From Dehalococcoidia bacterium (GTDB taxonomy: Bacteria > Chloroflexota > Dehalococcoidia > Lucifugimonadales > Lucifugimonadaceae): a DNA stretch of 64,000 bases. The stretch spans positions 94,949 to 158,948 of the forward strand of contig DUCO01000049.1 in NCBI GenBank assembly GCA_012959765.1. The letters are read 5' to 3'. Positions 16,978 through 26,607 of the stretch are shown piece by piece; position 1 is the first letter of the stretch, and each line of letters begins with the position of its first letter. Both the position numbers and the translations under genes were made by a program. A model generated the notes under the pieces. It did no database searches. It was not told the DNA's origin and was given only the letters and a program-made list of their open reading frames with translations.

Positions 16978-18612
16978 ATGCGACCAATTGCTGATCTTGC
17001 GGCCGATCTCGGCCTCGACCCTTCCGCCCTTGAGCCCTACGGCCACGACAAAGCGAAGATTCCACTCGACGCTTTTCCTGACCGAGACGAAAAGGCCAAG
17101 TTGATCGTGGTAACAGCGATCACCCCTACTCCGGCAGGCGAAGGAAAATCGACGACCGCTGTCGGACTCACCCAGGGATTAGCAAAAATCGGCAAGAAGC
17201 CGGTGCTGACAATCAGGCAACCCGCGCTGGGTCCAGTATTCGGGCACAAAGGCGGCGGCACGGGCGGTGGCAAGTCGACAGTCCAGCCGGCAGTCGACAT
17301 CAATCTTCACTTCACCGGCGACTTTCATGCCATAGAGTCGGCTCACAACCTGCTGGCGGCTATGGTCGACAACGCCGTCTACCGAAACGCCATCGACGAC
17401 TTCGATGCGACCGGAGTTACGTGGCGACGTGTGACCGATGCTGAAGAACGCTCGCTTCGCACGATTATGACCGGTGCAGGGGGCAAATCAAACGGCCCGG
17501 TTCGAGAAGCCGGATTCGACATCAACGCTGCCTCGGAAATCATGGCGATCTGCGCACTTGCAAGCGGCTATGAAGACCTTCGACAGCGCATCGGCGACAT
17601 CGTTGTTGGCTGGAAGAAAAACGGCAAGACTCCGGTAACAGCACGAGATATCAAGGGCGTCGGCTCGCTGATGGCGCTGCTTCGAGATGCCATCAAGCCG
17701 AACCTTGCGCAAACCGCTGAAGGCCAGCCAACAATCGTTCACATGGGGCCGTTCGGCAACATCGCCCACGGCTGCTCATCGATTCTTGCCGACGTACTGG
17801 CCGTCAACTGCGGTGAGTACGTCATTACCGAGGCCGGCTTCGGGGCCGATCTTGGTTTTGAGAAGTTCATGGATATCAAGGTTCGCCAGGGTGGTCCAGA
17901 GCCGTCGGCAGCAGTTGTAGTTGCGACCATACGTGGACTCAAATGGCACGGTGGCGTTGCACTAAAAGACATGGGCGCCCCAGACGCCGAAGCCGTACGG
18001 CGTGGCACCGAAAACCTTCGCAACGCACTACGTATCGTCGGTATGTACGGTCTTCCATCCGTCGTTGCGATCAACCGATTCCCCACCGACTCTCCAGAAG
18101 AGATTGCGGTTGTGAAAGAGGTGGCGATGGACGCTGGTGCAATCGGCGTCGAAGAGGCAAAGGGCTTTGATGAGGGTGGCGACGGCATGACCGAGCTCGC
18201 AGCAGCGGTCGTGAAAGCCGCCGATGTACCGTCGGACGTGAAGTTGCTTTACGAAGACGATGACGATTACTTCGGCAAGGTCGAGCACATGGCCAAATCG
18301 CTGTATCTGGCGGGCGATGTCAAATGGGGTCCGATGACCCGCACGACCGCTAGAAAGTTCGCAGCAAACGGCTGGAACTATCCGGTTTGTATCGCAAAAA
18401 CACATCTTTCGATCTCGGCTGACCCGAAGCTGAAAGGTGCGCCAACCGGTCACACGCTGCCCATCAGGGAACTGCGTATTCTTGCCGGGGCGCGCCAGAT
18501 AGTCACTCTAGCTGGCGATATCATGACGCTGCCGGGTCTTCCATCTTCGCCCAATGCGTGGGATATTGACCTGAGCGACGATGGCGAAATAACCGGAATC
18601 CTAAGCACCTAG
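16978..18612 (+). CDS. fhs: formate-tetrahydrofolate ligase
   Basis: ..VTAITPTPAGEGKSTTAVGL.. P-loop and full-length FTHFS similarity (544 aa). Confidence 0.9.
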   Translation: MRPIADLAADLGLDPSALEPYGHDKAKIPLDAFPDRDEKAKLIVVTAITPTPAGEGKSTTAVGLTQGLAKIGKKPVLTIRQPALGPVFGHKGGGTGGGKSTVQPAVDINLHFTGDFHAIESAHNLLAAMVDNAVYRNAIDDFDATGVTWRRVTDAEERSLRTIMTGAGGKSNGPVREAGFDINAASEIMAICALASGYEDLRQRIGDIVVGWKKNGKTPVTARDIKGVGSLMALLRDAIKPNLAQTAEGQPTIVHMGPFGNIAHGCSSILADVLAVNCGEYVITEAGFGADLGFEKFMDIKVRQGGPEPSAAVVVATIRGLKWHGGVALKDMGAPDAEAVRRGTENLRNALRIVGMYGLPSVVAINRFPTDSPEEIAVVKEVAMDAGAIGVEEAKGFDEGGDGMTELAAAVVKAADVPSDVKLLYEDDDDYFGKVEHMAKSLYLAGDVKWGPMTRTTARKFAANGWNYPVCIAKTHLSISADPKLKGAPTGHTLPIRELRILAGARQIVTLAGDIMTLPGLPSSPNAWDIDLSDDGEITGILST

Positions 18613-18652
18613 TCTCTATCACGAGCCAACAGTCCAGAGCCCAAGAATCAGC

Positions 18653-19000
18653 ATGACATCCGAAGCCCAACCGACATTCACCTGCAAAGTTTGCGCCGAA
18701 GTGCTGACGCCGAAATTCTTGCCGTCGAGCGCACCGAATTGCCCGAGTTGCGGCGCCGACACGAAGCCGAATCAGGTGGCGATAGACGCCGGGCTAACCA
18801 CGTTCTGCCCGAACTGCCACACCAAGGGCAGCGTGTACGAATCCGACGCCTGCACCAACTGTGGCTCATCGTGGGGTCAGTGGTCGGGAAGCGATTCAGT
18901 CGAGCAGGTTCCTTCGAACGCGAACGAGAACGACCGGGTGATCTACAAGTCGAGTCGTGGTCCCGAGGGCGGCACCGTTCCTCGCTGGAAAATCATTTAG
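18653..19000 (+). CDS. Cys-rich zinc-ribbon protein (four CxxC pairs), function unknown
   Basis: CKVC..CPSC..CPNC..CTNC in 115 aa, followed by a terminator. Confidence 0.5.
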   Translation: MTSEAQPTFTCKVCAEVLTPKFLPSSAPNCPSCGADTKPNQVAIDAGLTTFCPNCHTKGSVYESDACTNCGSSWGQWSGSDSVEQVPSNANENDRVIYKSSRGPEGGTVPRWKII

Positions 19001-19008
19001 GTACTCGG

Positions 19009-19028
19009 GGTGCCCTGGCACCGTTTTT
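19009..19028 (+). terminator. rho-independent terminator
   Basis: GGTGC-cctg-GCACC followed by GTTTTT. Confidence 0.55.
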
Positions 19029-19164
19029 GATCCAATTTTACGGTTAACCCCGTTCAATATCTGGTCATTACTGATACCCGGTATCACAAAGCTACGCATA
19101 CACTGACCGAGATCGCGCAAGCCATGCCACCTCGACTCCCTCTCGGAAACGCTACCTCTCAGTA

Positions 19165-20097
19165 ATGCCTCACCCATCTAAATTTCTGGTTCTCTTGCTG
19201 GCACTGCTGGCCCTGACCGTGATCGCCTGCGAATCACGGTCGGATGAACCGCTCGACGGTGAAATCTCTGCCATCACAACCACCTACCCGCTGACCTACA
19301 TGGCTCAGCGAATCGGTGGTGACCGTATCGCCGTAACTCAACTCGTGAAGCCGGGGGTTGAAGCGCACGACTTCGAGCCTGCGCCATCGGATGTACTGGC
19401 GATTTCCACGTCAAACTTGTTTGTTTACAACCACCCTGCCCTCGAAGCCTGGGCACTCAACGCAGCGTCCGCATCAGCATCTGGCAGCGAAGCATCCTTA
19501 ATGACGATCCAGACGATCAATCTCGAGTCAGCGGGTGAGGATCACGGTGGGCAGGCAGTCGATGATTCCAACTTCGATGCACACGTCTGGCTGAATCCGC
19601 TCAAGGCTCAGGATCAGGCGAGTCGAATCCTCGCTGCGTTAGTCTCACTCGATCCCGACGGTGCCAAAACATTCATTCGCAACGCAGATGCCCTGAATGT
19701 TGAATTGCGGGCGATGGACGAGATCATCTCTGATCAGCTCAGCGGGTGCGCTCTCGATAGTGTGGTCGTTTCGCACCTGGCGTTTGGTCATATGGCTGAG
19801 CGGTACGGCTTCGGGCAGATCGGGCTCGCCGGACTATCGCCCGAGTTCGAGTCTGGACCAGCCCAGATCGCCACAGTGATCGACCGCATCAACGAACTGG
19901 GAATTCAGCACATCCTGCAGGAGCCGATCGTCAGCAACCGCCTAGCCGAGACCGTTTCAGCTGAAACAGGCGCCGAGCTTTTGGTGCTGCATCCGCTGGA
20001 GGTCAGAACGAAAGCTGAGGCCGATGTGGGTAGCGACTACTTCGATATCATGAAGGAAAACGCCGAGTCGCTGCGTAAGGCTTTGCAGTGCGGCTAG
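19165..20097 (+). CDS. metal (Zn/Mn) ABC-transporter substrate-binding lipoprotein, ZnuA/TroA family
   Basis: Lipobox VIACES plus HDFEP, DAHVWLNP and the flexible acidic/His loop typical of cluster A-I binding proteins. Confidence 0.8.
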   Translation: MPHPSKFLVLLLALLALTVIACESRSDEPLDGEISAITTTYPLTYMAQRIGGDRIAVTQLVKPGVEAHDFEPAPSDVLAISTSNLFVYNHPALEAWALNAASASASGSEASLMTIQTINLESAGEDHGGQAVDDSNFDAHVWLNPLKAQDQASRILAALVSLDPDGAKTFIRNADALNVELRAMDEIISDQLSGCALDSVVVSHLAFGHMAERYGFGQIGLAGLSPEFESGPAQIATVIDRINELGIQHILQEPIVSNRLAETVSAETGAELLVLHPLEVRTKAEADVGSDYFDIMKENAESLRKALQCG

Positions 20098-20108
20098 CGG
20101 TGCATCTG

Positions 20109-20678
20109 TCAGCCACCAAGCTCGAATCGCCCTAGTCGCTTCCATGTGCCGCCGAAAGCAACTCCGTCGCGTCCCATCAGTTGGATAGCGCCGACCTGCA
20201 TTTCATCAACAAAGTCCAGATCAGCAAACATCGATTTGGCGATTCGAATACCCTCAGGTTCAACCTCGTTGACGATGCTCATGTGCGCCTTGTACGGATC
20301 ATCTCGATAGGCAGGTTTGCTCAGTGGAAAGATGCTGGCGACCAGATCATCATGAAGTGCTTGAATCTCTGGATTTACGGAGAATCCAAGTATCACAGTG
20401 TGATCGGAGCCCATGAACTCCATTCCCTCGGTGCCAAGTACAAACGGATCATGCCGCGCGACAACCGTGCGGATCATATCGATTATCCCGTCAAGGCTCT
20501 GAATGCCGTAGAACGTGCCTTTAACCGTGATGTGAGCGGGAATTTTCGCTCGGACTTGCTCGGCGGCATGCTCGATCTCCAGCGACGGCCCAGCTAACTC
20601 ATCTGGAGCAGGAATTGCGATTACATAGCACGAGTACCCGAACTCGTCGTTTTCGAGATTTCTGGAGTCGATGGGCAT
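20109..20678 (-). CDS. 2H phosphoesterase / LigT-like protein
   Basis: Two HxT/S motifs (PAHITVKG and KAHMSIVN). It ends in TGA with a TAG 4 codons later. Confidence 0.5.
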   Translation of the reverse strand: MPIDSRNLENDEFGYSCYVIAIPAPDELAGPSLEIEHAAEQVRAKIPAHITVKGTFYGIQSLDGIIDMIRTVVARHDPFVLGTEGMEFMGSDHTVILGFSVNPEIQALHDDLVASIFPLSKPAYRDDPYKAHMSIVNEVEPEGIRIAKSMFADLDFVDEMQVGAIQLMGRDGVAFGGTWKRLGRFELGG

Positions 20679-20703
20679 ACTTTCGAACCGATTCTGCCCC
20701 GCT

Positions 20704-21705
20704 CTAGTGCGAAGCCCTGTAGTGAGCAGCCAGCAAGTCTTCGCCCCAGTCGTGTGTGAAGTCGCGGAGCACCGAGTGGATGTGGTTTGCGCCGTTCTGG
20801 GTGTTGTCGTACTCGATCAGGAATCGTGGGTGACGAATGGCGTAGTAGTGTCCCTCGCCTACCTCGGCGGGACCCGCCCACGCAAACGTAGTGCCATCGA
20901 ACCCGGCTGCTTCCAGTTCACGCCAGTAGTTCGACGAAAGATCGTCAGCAGCACGAGTTATATAGTGCTTCACGAGTTTTACGAGCTGATCGCGCTGGCC
21001 ATCGCCAAGCGCACTGAACTCAATGCCTTTAGGGGCAATGTTGGGATCAAATGATCGAACGTTAGTCGTCAAAATATCGGCTGGAGCAATCGCATCAACC
21101 ACCGCCATCTTGGTCTGGTCGCCATCGAGAGACGTCAACAACGCCCTCGCCCAGTCCTGCTCCTCAACCAGCGTTCGCTCGCCAATACGGTCGCCATGTC
21201 GAATCTCAGCCGGGTTTGCGCCGAAGAACAGTGGAAGAATCGCAACCTGATCGCCGTTAATGATGTTTGCCGAAAGCCCAATGTGGTGGCCGCCGACCCT
21301 GAATCCCCACGGCTCATCAACGCTTCCTGGAGATCCGAAAACGCTGAACCAGTAGCGGTCGATGTTCCGTTCCCAGTTCGACTTGCCGTCCTGGATCATC
21401 TCCCACTCGCCGAGAATCGTCTCAAGCTCGATGATCCTGTGAGCCGTCACACTACCCCGAGCGCTGTACGCAGTTTCCATCAATCGGAAAGCAGCATCAC
21501 GTTGGGAATCGCTCATCACTCGCACCCGCAGTCCGTCTCGCTCGATCGGCGTGTAAGCCCACATGTAACGTTCGTCGCCAGCAAATTCGAACGAAGCTGT
21601 GTTGCGCTGCGAATCGTCCAGCGAGTTCAGGAAATCGTTTGCTGCCACCGTCATACGCTTTACAGCTTCGGTGGCTAATGATGGAACAGGCGCCGTGGTA
21701 GTCAT
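20704..21705 (-). CDS. DUF3500-family protein
   Basis: ..ASFEFAGDERYMWAYTP.., ..GGHH.., ..HYYAIRHPRFLIEYDNTQNGANHIHSVLRD.. pattern. Confidence 0.7.
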   Translation of the reverse strand: MTTTAPVPSLATEAVKRMTVAANDFLNSLDDSQRNTASFEFAGDERYMWAYTPIERDGLRVRVMSDSQRDAAFRLMETAYSARGSVTAHRIIELETILGEWEMIQDGKSNWERNIDRYWFSVFGSPGSVDEPWGFRVGGHHIGLSANIINGDQVAILPLFFGANPAEIRHGDRIGERTLVEEQDWARALLTSLDGDQTKMAVVDAIAPADILTTNVRSFDPNIAPKGIEFSALGDGQRDQLVKLVKHYITRAADDLSSNYWRELEAAGFDGTTFAWAGPAEVGEGHYYAIRHPRFLIEYDNTQNGANHIHSVLRDFTHDWGEDLLAAHYRASH

Positions 21706-21801
21706 CGTTTTTCCTTTTTACGTTAAACGTGAACTTTAGGGAGTGCCCACTATATGCCCGGTAGACACCAAGTTGGGAGTGTTACAAAAAAATGAAACTG
21801 G

Positions 21802-22632
21802 TTACCCCCAGGTGCCGAACAATCGTTCGCAGGTCGCACCGAGGATTTGGCTATAGAGTCCGGGGTCGATTGCTGGCTCGATATGATCGATGATCTCCCA
21901 CCCCTCGGCGTACCCGGTTTGCTCAACAATGAACGGGAAGTCAGTGCCCCACATCAGGCGGTCGCTACCGTATGCCTCGATCAGCTGATGCACCCAGTGG
22001 AACAGGTCGATGAACGGAAACTCTTCATTCGAAGCCCGTGGAAACTCAGAAAGCTTCACGTTGAGATTTGGGTATCTGGCCATCGCAAGCAACCACTCGA
22101 ATTCAGGCACAGCCGAGCCATCTCTGTTGGGTTCGCAGTGACCGAAATGATCGATGATGGCATCGGTCTCCGGATATACAGCCGCCAGTGTTTCGATCTC
22201 TTCATAATGGTTTGGGCTCACCAGATATCCAACCGGGATCCCGAGCTCTCCGGCACGCTTATACAGCGCCCTACCAACATCACCGTTCATCAGTTCGCCC
22301 TCGCGATATAACGCCGGGTTGAAGCGAACGCCGCGGTATCCGCGGGCTACGAGTTCGTCGAGCATGCCTACCGGGTCTTCCGCCTGCGGATCGACGAGGC
22401 ACATGCCAACGAACCGGTCTGGCCAGTTCGCAATCGTGTCATCGACATAGCTGTGATCAAAGCCGTGAACTATTGGCTGAACGATCATCGCCCCAGCGAC
22501 ATCTGCGCGGTCCATCAGGTCCAACAGGAACTCAGCGTCGCCCCGTGCTCGAGGTTCAGCGGTGCCCTCCCGATACGGGTAGGTGTCGGGGTCATGCGCC
22601 CAAACGTGAAGATGCGAATCAATCTTTTTCAT
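21802..22632 (-). CDS. amidohydrolase-2 family metal-dependent hydrolase (lactonase/decarboxylase-like)
   Basis: MKKIDSHLHVW N-terminus, DHFGH block, and C-terminal WGTDFP. Confidence 0.8.
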   Translation of the reverse strand: MKKIDSHLHVWAHDPDTYPYREGTAEPRARGDAEFLLDLMDRADVAGAMIVQPIVHGFDHSYVDDTIANWPDRFVGMCLVDPQAEDPVGMLDELVARGYRGVRFNPALYREGELMNGDVGRALYKRAGELGIPVGYLVSPNHYEEIETLAAVYPETDAIIDHFGHCEPNRDGSAVPEFEWLLAMARYPNLNVKLSEFPRASNEEFPFIDLFHWVHQLIEAYGSDRLMWGTDFPFIVEQTGYAEGWEIIDHIEPAIDPGLYSQILGATCERLFGTWG

Positions 22633-22928
22633 GTTGTTAGCTCGAACAGGTTCCAGCTCAGTATTCCTGCTTGGGAATCACTTAAAAAAGTGAGCGTGCG
22701 TTTGGTGGTGAAGCTTACGTGATCTCGGCCAACTCAGAAAGAGTCGGCTGAACGAGTTCAAAATTTTCGTCACCGATGTGAGATAGGCACGCCCAATTGC
22801 TTCATTCGGTGCGAGCGGGTGATACATTCCCTGCCAATACCTACCACCAATTACCGCTCACACTTCGCATTCGCCAGTTCGCAAGACGTCCTGTGCGCCC
22901 GGTTTCAAACAATCAGAATCGAGATTTC

Positions 22929-23768
22929 ATGATCAAGCTCAGTCTTCAGTCCCTTTGCTACCGCGACACTTTTAACGCCGGCAAAATTACGATGCTCGAG
23001 ATTATCGATAAGGCGGCTGAGTACAAGATGGATGGTGTTGACCTGCACTTCACCCACTTCGCGTCGACCGACGACGACTATCTCGAAGAGGTAAAGCAGG
23101 CGTGCCTGAAGCGTGGACTTCACATTTGCTACATCGGCGTGTCGAACAATTTTGGCAAGGCCGGCGAAGAGCTTCGAGAGCAGATCGACCTTATGAAGAA
23201 GTGGATTGATGTCGCTGCCAAGATGGGCATCCCGATGATTCGGGCTTTCGGCTCGTGGATTCCAGAAGGCGAAACCGAAGAAGAGGCGTGGCCTCGTTTG
23301 GTTGCTTCTACGAAGGAAGTTGCCGAGTATGGCCAGTCGAAGGGTGTCGTGGTCGGTCTGCACAACCACAACCACGGCTGTATCCCCGCCACTGGCGATC
23401 AGGTGATCCGCCTGCTCGACGATGTCGACAACCCCTACTACTCCCACATTCTCGACACGGGCCAGTACCGTGGATCCCCGGGTGCATCGTTTGGTGAGCG
23501 CGGCCAGGAAGACCCGCAGTGGAACTTCTACGGGTCGATCGAAACGTCGGCTCCCCGCGCCGTGCATGTACGAGCCAAGATCTACCGAATCGCCAGCGGA
23601 AAAGAGGCGTGGCTCGACTACGATCGAATCATGCCGATCATCAAGAATGTGGGCTACAACGGCTGGATGTCGATAGTGTTTGAAGGCCAGGACGAACTCG
23701 ACGAGCCGACAGCCGTTCCTCTGGCGAACGACTACATGCGTTCGATGCTCGCCAAGCACGAAATGTAG
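22929..23768 (+). CDS. xylose-isomerase-like TIM-barrel protein (sugar phosphate isomerase/epimerase family)
   Basis: Start taken at the in-frame ATG at 22929 (MIKLSLQSLCYRD). It shares blocks HNHNHG..P.TG.QV.R.L and LDTGQ..GSPGA with the next gene. Confidence 0.8.
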   Translation: MIKLSLQSLCYRDTFNAGKITMLEIIDKAAEYKMDGVDLHFTHFASTDDDYLEEVKQACLKRGLHICYIGVSNNFGKAGEELREQIDLMKKWIDVAAKMGIPMIRAFGSWIPEGETEEEAWPRLVASTKEVAEYGQSKGVVVGLHNHNHGCIPATGDQVIRLLDDVDNPYYSHILDTGQYRGSPGASFGERGQEDPQWNFYGSIETSAPRAVHVRAKIYRIASGKEAWLDYDRIMPIIKNVGYNGWMSIVFEGQDELDEPTAVPLANDYMRSMLAKHEM

Positions 23769-23798
23769 TCGATCTTCCGATCAAAAGGCGTTTCATTC

Positions 23799-24623
23799 AT
23801 GAATCCAATCTACCTTCAGACGCTTTCGTTCCACGACATCTACGGAAATACCGATGAGTGCATTCTCGCGGGCGCCGAGATGGCGGCTGATCTTGGCATT
23901 GCCGGAATCGATATCGAAGACCGACTGCTGAAGAGCTATGAACCGGCTTATTTGCGGGAGCTGGCTCATCAGATCGAAGGGCTTGGCGTACGGATCGGGT
24001 ACTGCGGGCTAATCGTGCCGTTCAACGACCCCGTTTCATCAATTCCAGGCGAAATTGATCGTCTGAAGGAGTTGATCAATGCGATGCCGCATCTGGGAGT
24101 CGACTCGATACGAGTTCCCGGGAATGGCGTGGTCGATGGGCAGTCACTCGAATTTACGTTCGACACGGTTCGGGCGAAGTTCCAGACGATATGCGACTAC
24201 GCGGCTGAAGCCGGAATGACTATCTACCTTCACAACCACAATCACGGCTCAACGCCTTCGACGGGTGAGCAGGTTCTGCGCATGCTGGGTGAAGTCGACA
24301 GCCCAGCACTTTCGTATGTTCTCGATACCGGCCAGTTCCAGGGCTCCCCGGGCGCCGGTGGGTTTGGCGGTAACGGTGCTCAACCCGAACTTTACGAGTC
24401 GATTGAAATGTGCGCGCCTAAGGCATCGATGGTGCGATCTAAGTTTTATTTTGCTGCGGCAGGCGATGAGCAATGGCTCGATTATTCGCGTATAGTTCGC
24501 ACCCTGAAAAACGCAGATTTCACCGGCCCGATATCAATCGTTTACGAACCCCGTGGCGACATTCTTTCGAAAGACGCTCTCCCGGCGGCTGTTCGATATC
24601 TGACCGAACTGTTCAACGAATAA
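23799..24623 (+). CDS. xylose-isomerase-like TIM-barrel protein, tandem paralogue
   Basis: Same conserved blocks as 22929-23768. Confidence 0.8.
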   Translation: MNPIYLQTLSFHDIYGNTDECILAGAEMAADLGIAGIDIEDRLLKSYEPAYLRELAHQIEGLGVRIGYCGLIVPFNDPVSSIPGEIDRLKELINAMPHLGVDSIRVPGNGVVDGQSLEFTFDTVRAKFQTICDYAAEAGMTIYLHNHNHGSTPSTGEQVLRMLGEVDSPALSYVLDTGQFQGSPGAGGFGGNGAQPELYESIEMCAPKASMVRSKFYFAAAGDEQWLDYSRIVRTLKNADFTGPISIVYEPRGDILSKDALPAAVRYLTELFNE

Positions 24624-24704
24624 TGGATACGGTTGTGCCAGTTCGGCTACTTCAAACGTCACGCAACCGCACCCAGTAAAAACAACAAAAAGAGGAAATC
24701 CCGA

Positions 24705-25361
24705 ATGGGCACGTTCTACGAAAACTCCGTGGTTCCCGATCACCTGAAGCGAGAGTTCAATGTTTACGATCGGATCAAAGAACTCAACGTCGATCTCGGC
24801 TTGTTCGATGACAATGTAGCCAGTCTCAAGGGCGCAGGCATCTGCGGAATTATTTTCCACGAGTCCGGGCTGGTTTACCTTTCGGGCCATGGCGTGGGTC
24901 CCGGGCAGATGTACGACGACCCCGACCGAATTAAAGAGGGTCAGGACGCCGCTGAGTGGGTCGCCAACTCGATGATAAAGCGTCTTCACTGGGCTTTGAC
25001 TTGCGGTGGCGAAGGTGGCGACTTGAACGACGTTATCTACACCGTGAAGGCTATCGGCATGGTTGTATCGACCGACGTAGCGTTCAATGGTGGCCCCGCT
25101 GTGATGAACGGGTTCTCCGAACAATGGCAGTCGGTTTTCGGTGGCGGCAAGGGTAAATTTGCTGTCGATGGCGAAGACGAAAGCTACTCAGGTGTTCACG
25201 CCCGAAGCGCTATCGGTGGGTTCACAGGTCGCTTCTCGATCGAGCCAGAAATCATCGTGGCAATTCCGCCAGAACTTGCAAAGGCGATCATCCAGAACCG
25301 CGGATGGGTATTCCCGCTTCCGCCGGCAATGCTCGACAAGGTCAAGGCCGATCAGGGTTAG
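24705..25361 (+). CDS. RidA/YjgF-like protein (atypical, extended)
   Basis: Start at ATG 24705 behind AGAGGAAA. Blocks ..LVYLSGHG.. and ..GVHARSAIGGF..RFSIEPEIIV.. resemble the YjgF fold. Confidence 0.5.
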   Translation: MGTFYENSVVPDHLKREFNVYDRIKELNVDLGLFDDNVASLKGAGICGIIFHESGLVYLSGHGVGPGQMYDDPDRIKEGQDAAEWVANSMIKRLHWALTCGGEGGDLNDVIYTVKAIGMVVSTDVAFNGGPAVMNGFSEQWQSVFGGGKGKFAVDGEDESYSGVHARSAIGGFTGRFSIEPEIIVAIPPELAKAIIQNRGWVFPLPPAMLDKVKADQG

Positions 25362-25373
25362 ACGGCTTACCGT

Positions 25374-25399
25374 CTAGGTGTGGAATCTAGGTGTGGAAT
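25374..25399 (+). repeat. perfect 13-bp tandem duplication
   Basis: CTAGGTGTGGAAT x2, immediately after the stop-overlapping hairpin TAGACGG-ctta-CCGTCTA (25359-25376). Confidence 0.8.
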
Positions 25400-25406
25400 T
25401 TCATTT

Positions 25407-25537
25407 CCTGAGCGGAGTCAACGGAGTCGAAGGATCTCGACTGATTTACGTTTCATTTCAGGGCGTAACGTAAATACTTTCTGCCTGGCGTCGTTTCCCG
25501 CGAGGTCCCTCCACTCCGCTTCGCTGCGGTCGGGAAA
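25407..25537. repeat. long imperfect inverted-repeat element (MITE-like or structured RNA)
   Basis: The left arm GAGCGGAGTCAACGGAGTCGAAGGATCTCG pairs with the right arm CGAGGTCCCTCCACTCCGCTTCGC. The right arm is enclosed by TTTCCCG..CGGGAAA. Confidence 0.4.
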
Positions 25538-25594
25538 TGGGGTCTTGCAGAACCACCTTCAAGCCAAATCGAACCGGTCAGCCCGGAGCTAACG

Positions 25595-26263
25595 CTAAGA
25601 CGCTGCTCGCATTAGCACTCGGCGGTCTTCTTCGCTTCGAGGTCGATCGCCGAGTTCAGCCCACTGGCGTTGAACACCGGGTTCTGTCCAGGTGAGTCCC
25701 CGAACTGCCGACTCCACGGTCGCTCGGATGTGACCGGGGTTCTCAAGTGATGCCCGTGTGATGATCGACCACTTCTCAGATCCGTAGACCCAGAGTGCTT
25801 TGAAAGCTCGTGGGTCGAGGGCGGGTGTGTAGATCATGATTCCGGTAGCTGGAGAGTTGGCGACTACAGCTCGGGCGACGTTCAATCCTTCGAGTTCCCC
25901 GCCGCATGCGAGTTCCACAATCGCAAGATCTGCCTGCAACATTGCCGTCATGGCAACCATCGATTGCGAGTTCTCCACGGTTCCAGCAATCATGATGCTG
26001 TCCATGGGATCGAGGCACTGGTGAAGCTCGTGATCAACTTCGAAACCTGCGTAGATGACGATTTTGCCTGGCGCACCGATTTCTGGACGTTCGTTTACAC
26101 GTCTAGTTATCGGCTGCTGCAATACACGTGTCGGTGCCCGGCGAACACCATTACGTGAGACCACGGCACGTGGGGCCGTTGAGCGTGCTGCTGGTACGCG
26201 TCTTACGATACGACCCACCACACGCCTTCTTCCAGTATTTGGGAATCGAAGGACCTTTGACAT
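25595..26263 (-). CDS. hypothetical protein with Arg-rich N-terminus and receiver-like (pseudo-receiver) domain
   Basis: Start chosen at the ATG at complement 26261-26263 behind GGAGGGG. The receiver-like pattern is KIVIYAGFE...DLAIVELACGG...IMIYTP, with Glu at the phospho-acceptor position. Confidence 0.4.
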   Translation of the reverse strand: MSKVLRFPNTGRRRVVGRIVRRVPAARSTAPRAVVSRNGVRRAPTRVLQQPITRRVNERPEIGAPGKIVIYAGFEVDHELHQCLDPMDSIMIAGTVENSQSMVAMTAMLQADLAIVELACGGELEGLNVARAVVANSPATGIMIYTPALDPRAFKALWVYGSEKWSIITRASLENPGHIRATVESAVRGLTWTEPGVQRQWAELGDRPRSEEDRRVLMRAAS

Positions 26264-26607
26264 TTCCCCTCCAAAGACTCGAAGTACTCCTATTACTGTG
26301 CCGGTTGGTAGCCACATGCGAATCGTTCAACACCGCGGAGCCGATTAGGGAAATAGAGGATTCTTCATTGCAGGTTTGGCGTACTCAATTACGCAATGCA
26401 ATCGAGAAATTGGGGGTGCCCAGCTGGAAAGTAAGAGTCTGGGGGATTCGAATCGCCAGCGTCGCACAGAGCACCTGCTGGGGATTTGGGTAACGCATCG
26501 AGGCCGAACTTGTGTTCAGCGTTCGTATTACTACGGGTGATTCGACTCGTCAGGCATTAGAATATGCGAGTAACAATTTGAGTTAGCCGAACGAATTTTG
26601 GAGCCCC

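Noticed and set aside
22905-23759. Long antisense ORFs in the track (also 3629-4087, 5637-6389, 7301-7900, 17739-18188, 24534-25124, 62784-63563)
   Set aside because: They lie entirely opposite strongly supported genes. They have Arg/Ser/Ala-rich, low-complexity compositions typical of shadow frames in GC-rich DNA and show no recognisable motifs.
26441-26458. tRNA-like T-arm (GGGGATTCGAATCGCC)
   Set aside because: The flanks of the TTCGAAT loop do not pair (GGGGA versus CGCCA), and no acceptor, D or anticodon arms can be drawn around it.
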